64,000 nt of DNA from Fonticula alba ATCC 38817 (Eukaryota; Protista; Nucleariida), in NCBI GenBank assembly GCA_000388065.2, contig KB932210.1; one strand, written 5' to 3'. A model generated the notes under the pieces. That model did not search any database. It was given only the letters and a program-made list of their open reading frames with translations, and was not told the DNA's origin. Position numbers and translations under genes: made by a program. Shown piece after piece: positions 36,305-47,500 of the stretch (positions are counted from its first letter, which is position 1; the number at the start of each line of letters is the position of its first letter).

Positions 36305-39300
36305 ATGGCCCCCCCCCGTGCACCGCACGGGCGCCGAGGCTGGCCCGGCCGGCAGTCGGTCCTCTTGGCGGCCCTGGTCCTGCTCCAGCTGCTGGCGCTC
36401 TGCCAGCCGGAGTCGGGCACCGCCGCGGCGGCGGCCGGCTTGCGGGACCCGGCCCCCCTGTACCGGGCGCCGGTGCCCCTGTTCCCCGGGATCCGGAGCC
36501 CGGACGATGCCATCGGCTTTTTCGGCAGGCAAGACACCTCGGGCTTGAGCTACCTGGCCGTCTTCCAGGCCGACGGCCATGTGGCCATCCACCAGCAGGC
36601 CGGCATCCAGTACGCCATCAACAGCCAGGCTCGGAGCGGGGCCTTTTTCTCGGCCACCCCGACCCTCGAGATGGGCAAGGCCATCACCCGGCCCGGGCCG
36701 TATCGGCTGGTGCTGGCCGCGTCGGACAGCGGGCCGGCATTCTTGGCCTTTGCCGCCACCTGGGCGGGCCTTTTCAAGGATGGCGAGTGGCTCACCTTCG
36801 ATATGACGGCCGGCCCGGTCGACGTGCTGGACTACCTGGCCCTCGCGCCGCTCCAGGTTCTGGTGGTAGTGCGTGCCACTGACTCCAACGCGCTGTACCT
36901 CCTCCAGCTGTCGGTCCAGCTGATGGAGCGGAAGCTAGCGGTGCCCGGCTCGGTGACCGGCCCCATCACCGCCCGGATCAGCCGCAGGCCGGCCATCCAG
37001 GTGGCCCTCCAAGACGGGGTGTACTTCTTCGAGCCCGGCGGCGCGGGCCCCCTGCAGCCTGTGGGCCATCTTCCCCTGCCGGGCCATGTGTCGGACTTGG
37101 CCGTTGTCAAGATGCCCAACACGAACTACGACGGCCTGGTGCTGGTCCTGCAGCAGCAGCAGCAGCAGCAGCAGACCATCCACATATGCCCGGAGATCGA
37201 CTTGGCCTGGAACTGCGCGGGGGGCCACCAGCTTGCCCCTCCCGGCGGGCCGATGGCCGACCTCCGGCTAAGGCCGCCCCCGGGTGGGGAGCTGTTCGCG
37301 CACCCCCCGACGGACTGGCTGCTCGTCGGCGATGCCGCAACCGGTGCCATGTACCGGGTGTTCCTGGCCGCCAACGAGCCCGACCCCTGGCAAGCGGTCC
37401 TGCTGCCGCCCGGCCTCACCGCGCCCGAGGCCCTGCAGGTCATGTACCTTGCCATGGCCGGCGGGTCGGCCGCCCCGCAGGAGGCGCTGACCGACCGGCA
37501 GACGGCCTACTTCCACTACCAGGCCTTCTGCCAGGGCGACTCCACGGTTTCCTGCGACAGCCCGGACTTCTGGCACCTTGCCTCCGATGACGGGTACACA
37601 TGCTCCCCCGGGCGTGCCCTCTCGCCGCTGAACATGCCCGCGTCCCTGTGCGGGGCCTGCGCCGCTGGCTTCTTCATGCCGAGCCATGGTGCGTCTGCCC
37701 ACCTCCTGTCCCCGCCCCCGCCCCCGGCCCCGCGCCCCCCGCGTCGCCACCGGGTCGCCCGCCCTGGGCTCCCTCCCGGGGGTCCGGGGCTGCCCTTGCC
37801 CCGGTCTTCTGGCCCATGGGCCCCCTTGCATGCGCCACACGCTCGACTAACCGGACCTCCCGCCGGTGGGGCTCCCACAGCGACCGGCTCCTGCAGCCCC
37901 TGCTCGTCGGCCATGTGCGAGGTGTGCTCCCTGGCCGGGGATTGCCTCGTTTGCCAGGCGCCCCGGCTGCTGCAGATGGTCCCGGCCTCCGGGAAGGATG
38001 CCTGCGTGGTGGCGTGCAGCCCGGGCTTCGTGCCGGACGCCGGGGGGACTCGCTGTGTGCCGCCGGCGGCCATGGCGCAGGCCAGCCCGTCGGCGCCCCA
38101 GCCACTGGCCCACGCCCAAGCTCCGGCGCTGGTGGTCTTCCGGTCGTACGTCCACGTGGAAAATGGCCAATGCCGCCTGTACGCGGCCGACACGCCGGTC
38201 TCCCAGCTGGCGGGCAACCTCCTGGCCCTGAGTGGGAGTGACTCACCGCCGGAGTGGATCCGGCCAAATCCGGCCCCCCCCGGCGGGGTCCTCACCACTG
38301 CCCTGCCCTGTCCAGCGGCCGGGACCCTGTCCGAGGCCTTCTTCGCGGCGGTAGAGCTGCCGCCGGCTCTGGATGCAAATGGCAGGATGGTTTCCCGGGT
38401 GGTGGCCTGTCAGGAGAATGGGTCTCTCTATGTCAGGCAGATGGCCTGCGCCGCCGCGGATAGCAGCAACACCCTCCCCTGCACCTTGGTGGAGTCCCTG
38501 CCCTCGAATCACCACTCGGGCTTCGGTCAGTGTGCCTCCCTGCGGCAGGTGTCGGCCCGCCGGGTGTCCATGCTGACAGCCGCCGGCCAGCTGCGGCTCC
38601 TGACCATCGACCCCCAAACCGGCACCAGCCACCTGCAAAGCCTGGCTCCCGTCTCCTGGCATCCGGTCCTGCTGCCGGGCATGCGGGCCACCCAGTCCAC
38701 CGACGAGTGGCTGCTGATGCACCTGGCCGACAGCCGGTCGGTCGTCCTGCAGCCGCTGGACCTGCTGCTGGGCAGCGACCCGCGGACCCAGGTTGCCCGG
38801 CGCCTGCTGGCGCTCCGGGCCCCGGACCCCATGCAGCCCGACCCGCGGCACCTGGAGCCGGTGCTTCTGCCGGGCATCCGGCCCGGCGCCCCGACCGGGG
38901 AGCTTTTCCTGTCCGGGGCCCAGCCCGGCCCCGGGGGCCTGGCCAGGTGGGTGGTCGGGCATCTGCCCTTCGGCGGGCTCCCCCATGGCCGGAGTGCCGA
39001 CCTGCCGCTGGCAATCCATGTGCTGGGCCACCTGGACCCGGGCTCGGCCAATGTGCTGCCCGCCTTCCGGACCTTCGCCCTGCCGGTCCCCTGGTCGGCA
39101 GACGTGCCCGGGCTGCTGGTTCTCCTGACGCCGGAGCTTGTGGGCGTGGCGCTGGTCCACTGTGGCCGGCCTCCGGGGCGCACCTGCTGGCCGCAGCCGG
39201 CTCGCTTCATCGGCCTGGACCCGCCGCTGGCCAGCCTGGACCGTGTGTCGGTGGGGGCCCTGCCGCTGGCGGCCTCCCCGGGGGCGGCTCCCCCCGGCGG

Positions 39301-42300
39301 CGTGCTCATCCTGGTCCCCGGCATGCAGGGCTCCCAGCCGGGGCCCGGCTGGACCATCCGCCTGGCGCCGGTGGCCTGCCCCCCGGGGACCTATGGGCCG
39401 GAGTGCCGGCAATGCGACCAGGCGTGCATCACCTGCCTCGGCCCCGGGGCCGACATGTGCACCGAGTGCCGGTACTGGCTCGCGGGCCAGGAGGCCCACT
39501 GCCTGGACCGGTGCGACGGCCCGGTGGCGTCGGCCCCCGGGCCCGGCGAGTGTGCCTGCCAGCAGCCCTGCACCCAGTGCCAGGTGGCTCCCGAGGGGCT
39601 TGGCTATCGGCCGGTGTGCGCGATGTGTGCCCCCGGCTGGGCCCTCCCCCAGCCGGCCACCCCCTCGGCCGGCGGCTGCGGCCAGTGTCACGCCTCGTGC
39701 GCCACCTGCTCCCTCCCTGCGGACCCGCTCCAGTGTGCCGCCTGCCTTCCGGGGGCCTTCCTGCTCGAGGGGGTCTGCCTGGGGGCCTGCCCGGAGGGCT
39801 TCTTCCCGGATGCGTCGGCCACCTGCCGGGCTTGCCCGGCCGGCTGCTTGCATTGCACTCTCCCGGACAGCTGCAGCACATGTGCCCCGAAGCACTTTTG
39901 GGGGGGGCCCGCCGTCGGGTGTGCCCGGTGCGATGCGTCCTGCGCCACGTGCGACAATGCCTCCAGCTGTGGCTCCTGCATGGCGGGCCTGGTGTTCCTG
40001 GACCCCCAGGCGCCCTCGCTGTGCGGCAGCACCTGCGCCCCGGGCGAGTATGTCGGCGCTGGCCGGTGTGCCGCGTGCGATGTGAGCTGTGCCCTGTGCG
40101 ACCAGGCGGCCGACCGGTGCCAGGTGTGTGCGGCCGGCTTCCGCTGGTCCGGCCCCGCGCCGGCGGCCGGCGCCACTGGCACATGCGTCCCCTGTGAGCT
40201 GGGGTGCGCCTCCTGCAGGGCGAGCGGCTGCCTGGTGTGCGGGGCCGGCCTCGTGCTGGACCCCAACGGGCAGTGTGTCGCCGACTGCCCGGCCGGGATG
40301 TTCAGCAACGGCGAGTCGTGCCAGCCGTGCGACGTCAGCTGTCGGACGTGTGCCGGCGACGGGGCCGACCAGTGCACCGGCTGCGACGCGGGGCTGGAGC
40401 TTGTCGAGGCGGCCCCCGGCGTGGGGACCTGCGTGTCCGGCTGCCTGGACAGCGAGTATCGTGCGGGTGTTGATTGCCTGCCTTGTGACGGTGCTTGTGC
40501 CACGTGCAACGGCCCTTCGGACAAGGACTGCTGGCGGTGCGCCGGGGCCGTGCTGCAGGGCGACGACTGCGTGCAGGCCTGCGCGGCCGGGCATGTGGCC
40601 GTGGCCGACCGGTGCCTGGCCTGCCACCCCTCGTGCTCCGAGTGCGCCGGGGTCCGGAGCACCGAGTGCACCGGCTGCCCGGGGGATCTGTATCCTCTGC
40701 CGGCCGAGCAGTGGCCCTCGCGCTGCGCCGGGGCCTGCCCGGTGGGGTACCACACCTCGGCCAGCGGCTGCCGCCAGTGCACGGAGCACTGCTCCAGCTG
40801 CCCGCACAACGCAACCACCTGCGCCCTGTGCGAGCGCGGGTGGCTGCTGGCCGGCCCGGCCTGCGTGAGCTCCTGCCCGGCGGGCTCCCTGGCCACGGGC
40901 GGGGTGTGCACCACCTGCCACGAGTCCTGCGGGACCTGCTACGGCCCGGAGCCGGAGCACTGCCTCACCTGCGATGGGAACTCCCCACTTCTGGTGGACG
41001 GCCGCTGCCTGGCCACCTGCCCGGCCGGCACCTTCCACAGCGGCGAAACATGTCTGCCATGCAGTCCGACCTGCGGCGCCTGCTCCGGGCCCGGGGCCGC
41101 CGAGTGCACGGCCTGCCCGGCGGACCGGGTCATGCATGGCAACGCATGCCTGACCAGCTGCCCAGCCGGGTATTTTGCCGAGGCCGACCGGACATGTCGC
41201 GCCTGCCATGGGTCCTGCCTGGCCTGCGCCGGGGCGGCCGCCGACCAGTGCACCGACTGCCCGGAGACGTGGCTTTTGCAGCAGGGCGAGTGTGTGAAAA
41301 GCTGCCTCGGCGCGGCGTTTGCATGCAGCGCATCGCGAGCATGCGAGGCTTGTCCAAGCAGGTGCGCCCGATGCATCGCCACCGCGGCTGGCGCCTCTGC
41401 ATGCACTCCCTCCTGCCAGCTGTGCGAGGGCGGCTTCGTCCTGTCCCCGTCGACCGGGGCATGTGCTGCCAGCTGCCCGGCCGGCGAGTACAGCACGGGC
41501 TCCGGCACCTGCGCCCCATGCGGCCCCTCCTGCCGGGCATGCTTCGGCGCGGCCGAGCACTGCACCTCGTGCATGGACCCGGATGCCTGGCTGCATGCGG
41601 GCGATGGGGTATGCCTGAGCGCCTGTCCGGCCGGCGGGCTGGCCGCGGTCGAGTTCCCGGCCGCGGCGCCCCCCCTGCCAGGGCGGGTGTGCCTCGCTTG
41701 TCCGGCCGGCTGCGAGCGGTGCGCCGCCGGGCCAGGCACCCCGGCGTGTGCCTTCGGCCCGGACGGGGAGCTGGTCTGCCCGGAGGCCGACCGCTGCGAC
41801 CGGTGCATCTCCTCGCACCTGCTGAGCGGTGGCTCGTGTGTGGCCAGCTGCCCGGGCGGGACGTTCGTGGATCGCGACGCGCCGGCGCCGGCCTGCGCGC
41901 CCTGCCACGCCAACTGCAAGACGTGCACCGGGCCCGGGGAGGAGGAGTGCACTAGCAGCACGTCTGCCGGTCGCCGCCTCGGTACGTGCGAGCACCACTT
42001 TTGATTTGCGCCCCCTTGCCGTGTGCTGACCACCGCCTCACTGAACACAGCCCTCGGCCTGGGCATCGGCCTGGGGCTGCTGCTCCTGCTCCTGCTCCTG
42101 CTGCTGGTGCTGTTCCTGCTGCTGCGGCTGCGCCGCCAGCGCGGCGCCCCGACCAAGGTGCGCTCTCCCCCCGGCCTGTCGCGGAACTCAGCCAACCACC
42201 GACCCCACTGACCCCACTGACCCCACCGACCCCACTGACCCCACTGGCCACCGGCCACCGACCCCGCTGGCCACGTAATGCGCAGACCGACGATGACGAG

Positions 42301-43227
42301 GACGCCACCGTGATGAACACCATGCTGGAGCTGTCGCTCCCCGGCAGCATCTTGGTGAGCATCGCCAGCGACTTCGCCCCGCTGAACGAGGAGCAGCTGG
42401 GCGCCGGGACCCAGGCGTCGGTCTACGCGGCGCGCGCCGTCGGGGCCGGCATCTCCGACCGGCTGGGCTGCCCGGGCACCGTGGCCATCAAGCAGCTGAA
42501 GGCCGAGCGCATGAACCCCACCCAGGTGACCCTCTTCCAGAACGAGGTGGCCCTGATGTGGCTGCTGCGCGACGCGCCGAACATCGTCCGGCTGTACGGC
42601 TACAGCGACCAGCCGCCGGCCCTGGTGATGGAGCGCTTTGACACGGACCTGGCCACGCTGCTGCACTCGGACGTTCCCCTGGACCAGGGCGCCATCCTGG
42701 ACATCTGCCAGCAGTGGGCCTCCGGGCTGGAGGCCATGCACGCGCAGGGCATCGCCCACCGGGACCTGAAGCCGGGCAACGTGTTTGCCAGCCAGCGCCC
42801 GGACGGCGGCTGGCGCGCGGCCCTCGGCGACCTGGGCACCAGCCGGAACCTGAACGCCGACCGGTCGTCCACCCTGGTGAGCCAGGCGCCGGAGCTGAAC
42901 GCCATGACGGCGCGGTACGCGGCGCCCGAGGCGCTGGCCGCCTTCCACCGGAAGCGCCCGCTGGACCCGGAACTCCTGCTCCCGGGGGACATCTACAGCG
43001 CGGCCGTCATGCTGTGGGAGTGCCTCACGCGCACGGTCCCCTGGCAGGGGAGGACCTTCGAGCAGATCAGCTCCGGCGTGCTGGCCGGGGTCCGTCCCCC
43101 GGCGGACGGCCTCCACGGGCCGCTGGCGGACCTGCTCCACATGGCCTGGGACTCGAATGGCCACACCCGGCCCTTGGCCGCCTCCCTTCGCCAGCAGGTG
43201 GCCACACAGGTGGCCTTTCTGAACTGA
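36305..43227 (+). CDS. RK6: complete, gap-free receptor kinase, ~2177 aa
   Basis: Exons 36305-37688, 37881-41981, 42051-42157 and 42286-43227 (sum 6534 nt = 2178 codons). Introns GTGCGT..CAG (branch CTAAC ~37846), GTACGT..CAG and GTGCGC..CAG. Signal peptide, Q8 tract, FU repeats, TM and intact kinase motifs. Confidence 0.93.
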
Positions 43228-44596
43228 TGGGGCTTGTGTGTGTGTGAGCGCGCGCGCGCACCTCCCCCTGACTCTTTGGCGCGGGCAGCAGAATGCTCTC
43301 GGAGGGGGGGATACAGGCATGCCTGAGCGCGCGCGCGTGCGCGCCTAATACACCCACGCATACACACACACACACGCGCGCCGACGCCCGCTCGCACATG
43401 CACAGATCACCGGAGCAACACCATGTGGACGCGGCAGCCCCCAACAACCCGTGGCCTGGACTGAGACCGGGGACACCCGACCTGCCTGTGTGTGTGTATC
43501 GTCCGTTACGATCGCCGGCGTCGGTCACGGACCTGCCCCGTTCGTTGGCACTACTGTGCTCGAAACCCTGGTGGGAAACCGCACGGTGCGTGACCCCCGC
43601 TGCTGTGTTTGCATGAACATGCACATACCTGTTGGCCCATCTGTGTTGGTCTGCCTGGGGCGCGTTTGGGCACGGGGCGGGACAAAAAGCACCAAAATAG
43701 AGGCCTAAATATGATATGGGATACACATGGTGTGGAAGGTGCCCGGCGGGGTGGGCCTTCATCTACCGCGCGCGCGCGCGCGTGCCCCTTCCCGCAGGGC
43801 CGATCATTGGCCTACCAATGTGCAAGCCATTGTCGGCGATCGGAGAGGCCCGGTTATGATGCTGGGTGCGGGCACCGCCGCCAGGCGAATTCCTCCTGAC
43901 CGACGGGGCCCGCGGGGCCGTGTACGAGACCGAGGCACTAGTCAAATGCGAGGATAAAAAAACAGCAACAACAACAACAACAAACACAGCAGGAACATGG
44001 GCGCGCCCCGACACGCAGCAGACCGGGTTGTCTCCCGGGAGAGGGCGATCAAACGATTGTTCGCTTGGTGCACATTGTGATTGGTCCGCCTCCCGTTCCC
44101 CCCCCCCCTCCCCCCCCCTCCCTCTGTGCCCCCCTGTCTCGGCCTTGACCCCGCCCTCACCGCGGTCCGGGCGCGCAGCGGAAGATATGCCCCTGTGTTG
44201 GCTGGCCCCAGGCCATGCCCGGCATCCGGAAACATACCTCTTGTGCTGGCGCTCCACCATGGCGTGTCCGATCGTCCCGCACACAAGCCCCCCCCCCCCC
44301 CCNNNNNNNNNNNNNNNNNNNNNNNNNNNNNNNNNNNNNNNNNNNNNNNNNNNNNNNNNNNNNNNNNNNNNNNNNNNNNNNNNNNNNNNNNNNNNNNNNN
44401 NNNNNNNNNNNNNCCCCGCCCCGCCTCTCGCTGTCCCTCTTGCTTTTTCCTCCTCTCCTCCCTCCCCCGGTCGTTCGGCCCTTTCCCGCCCGCGACGCCG
44501 GCTCCTCGTCCGCCGCTTTCGTCGGGCCTGCCCTTCGGCCGAGACTCCGGTCTGTCGGTCACACGCATGCCGTGCGCGCCGTCGCCGGCCCGGGCC

Positions 44597-47500
44597 ATGC
44601 CCGAGCGCCGGGCCTCGGCCTGGCTTGCGCCCATGCTCCTTGCACTGGCCCTGCTGTGGGGCTGGTTCCAGGTGGGTTCGTCGAACAACCAGCAGGATGT
44701 CCCCTTCGCACGGGCCCCAACGCCCACGTACACCGATCCGCAGGCCGCCCGGATGATCGGGGTTTTCCACACCTCCGCGACTCCAAGCCTGAGCCAGCTG
44801 GCAGTCTTCCACAACACCACCACTTCGGTGTCCATCTTCAAGCAGGAAGCGCTCAGCCACTCGCTCAACGAGCAGTCGCGCTCCGGAGCCGTCTTCAGCA
44901 ATGTCCCCGAGCAGGTACTTGGCGGCTCTCTCGACAAGAGCCATCTGAGGGAGCTCATGGTGGCTGCTTCGTCCAGCGGCCCGGTGCTGTTGGCCCTCGG
45001 CGACACGTGGGTCGGTGCCTGGATCAATGACAAGTGGGTCACCCATGATCTGCCGGAGTCCATCTCGCTACTCGACTACATGGCCCTCGGTTTGGATGAC
45101 ATCTTGCTTGCAGTACACTCGAGCAGCACCAACGCTTTGTACATCGTCCGGCTGGCCGACACTGGCAAATCCACGACCTACACCGTACCCGTGCCGTTGA
45201 GTGGCCGATTTGGTGGCCGATTCAGCAGACCGGATGGCTCGGCCCATTTTTTCCAGCTCTGGCACGAAAAAAAAGTCTACTTCTACGCCCTTCACGTAAC
45301 TGGGAAAAGCGACCCAATAACAAGTTACTCCACGGAGGATGTCGTCATGGATATGGCTGTTGTTCCTCTGGTAGCTGGCAAGCCAGATGGCCTGGTATTT
45401 GTGATAGGCGATCGGAAGGTGGTCATCTGCCCCTGGCTCGACCAGGCAAACGGATGTACGCCGGACCGAGACAATGACATGCCTCCAGGACTTTCAACGG
45501 ATTTCCAAATCCTCGCCACGCCGGTCAACGAGCTGGGGAGCACAGTGGTCGATAGGGTGCTCCTTCGACACAATCCCTCTGGCGAGATATTCCGCGTTGG
45601 GGTGATTGGTTCGGTCCGGGGCAAATGGGAACTGCTTCGCGTCCCGGTCGGCGTGGAGACCGGCCCAAAGGTCCGGCTCTTCAACATGTCGGATCCCCCC
45701 GGCAGCCCGCCATCCGACTGGAGCCTGTCCGATTCGCATAGCATCTTCATGGTGAGTTCGTTCTTTTGTGAGGCCGACTCGACCATCGAATGCGACACCG
45801 ACGCCGCCGATGGCTATGCGTGCACCTCGGGCCGAGTGATGTCGCCGTTGAATTTCCCGGAAAACGTGTGTGGTGCTTGCGGCCTGGGCCTCCGCATGGA
45901 CGACCTCAGTGGCGGTATGTGCCCCTCTGCCCCGCCTTCCCCGCCATTCCCCCTTCCTTTTTTTCTCGCCTCTCCCCTGCCATTGGCCTTGGGTCTTTCC
46001 CCCGGCCGGCCGATGTCCCGGGCTGCTTGTCGACCGGTGGCACCCCTTCCCGGGGCCGCGGTTTGGCTCGCGCGGCCCGGCTCCCTCGGCCGCAGATGCC
46101 CCCCCCCCCCCCCTTCGTGCGCTGTCCACTCACCGATGCCGTAACAAGTAGCCAGTCCGACATGCACAGCCTGTGGGCTGGACAAGTGCGACGTGTGCCA
46201 TGGCGGCGACTGCCTTATTTGCGAGGACGAATATCTGCTGGTGCCGGCCGTGGTTCCCGGCCAGCATTCCTGCCAAAGCAGCTGCGACCCGGGGACCCAC
46301 AGCCCCCCGGGAGGCGGCCGGTGTCTGGCCGACAGCCCGGCGCCGGCGGTGTCGCTCGGCCCGCCCGAGCCGCTGTTCTCGACGGCGGGCGCCTCGGTGC
46401 GGGCGGTTTTCCCCTCGCGCCTGGCCCTTTCGAGCAGCGGCAAATGCATCCTACAACCGCCCAGCTCGCTGGAAGACCCTTCGCACGGGAATTGGGTGGC
46501 CCTGAGATCCGGCGACGGGTGGCCCCTGTGGCTGGTTGCCCCGGCCCCGGGCGCCGGGGCGTCGGCGCCCGCTGCCCGGGAGATGACCTGCCCGGAGTTG
46601 ATGCTCTCTAGCATGGATGTGTCCATGGCCGTGGAGCTCCCACCGGCGCCCTCTACCCCCTCCGGGGAATATGTCACCCGGCTGGTCCTGTGCACCGCCG
46701 ACAATGCTGTGCACCTGGTGGAGATCACCTGCTCGCCGGACTCCGACGCGGAATGCCTCATCGAGGGCAATGTCGCTCGCAGAGCCTTGGACCGAGCGCC
46801 GCCGTGTGACTCCCTGCAGGGTGTCTCCGAGCACCAAGTGTCCATCCGGACTGCCGACGACCGGATGGTCCTCCTGTCCATCAATGCCGAGGATGGGACC
46901 TGTGATTTCACCAGTCTGCCCCCGGCCACTTGGCATCCGGTCCTCTTCCCCAGCGTGCAAGATCAAAAGCCCTCCAGTAAGTGGGTGCTCCTGTCGCACA
47001 TGCCGCGCACTGGCAGTCCCTCAAGCACCCTGCACTCGATGGACCTTCTACTGGCGAATGACCCGCGTGTCCAGGTGGGCCTGCATATGGACGCCCTGCG
47101 CAAGCCGGCCGGCCAGCAGTTGGACACGCGCCACCTGCAGCCGGTCCTCCTGGCCGGCGGCTCCCAGCCACCGGGGGGCCTGCTTTTCCTGTCGGGCTTG
47201 ATGTTGGTCCTGGACCATGGCCTGGCCTGGGTGGTGGGGCATGCGCCGCTCGGCGGCCGGCCGCACGGCCGGACCGCCGACATCCCCCTGAATACCGACA
47301 CGCTGGGTATTCTGCCGGGGCCGCGCGACCCGGTGCCGGCCTTCGCCAGCCTGGCCGTGCGGCTCCCCGGGTCGACGGACTTCCCGGGGGTCCTGCTTCT
47401 GCTGACAGAGACCCATTTGGGCGTGGCATTGGTGCACTGTCCGCAGGGGCCCGATGCGGCGTGCTGGCCCCAGCCGGCACGGTTCTTCCCCCTCGCACTC

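Noticed and set aside
42760-42840. Tyrosine-kinase (EGFR-like) assignment suggested by the furin-like ectodomain
   Set aside because: Catalytic loop HRDLKPGN is Ser/Thr type, not HRDLAARN/HRDLRAAN.
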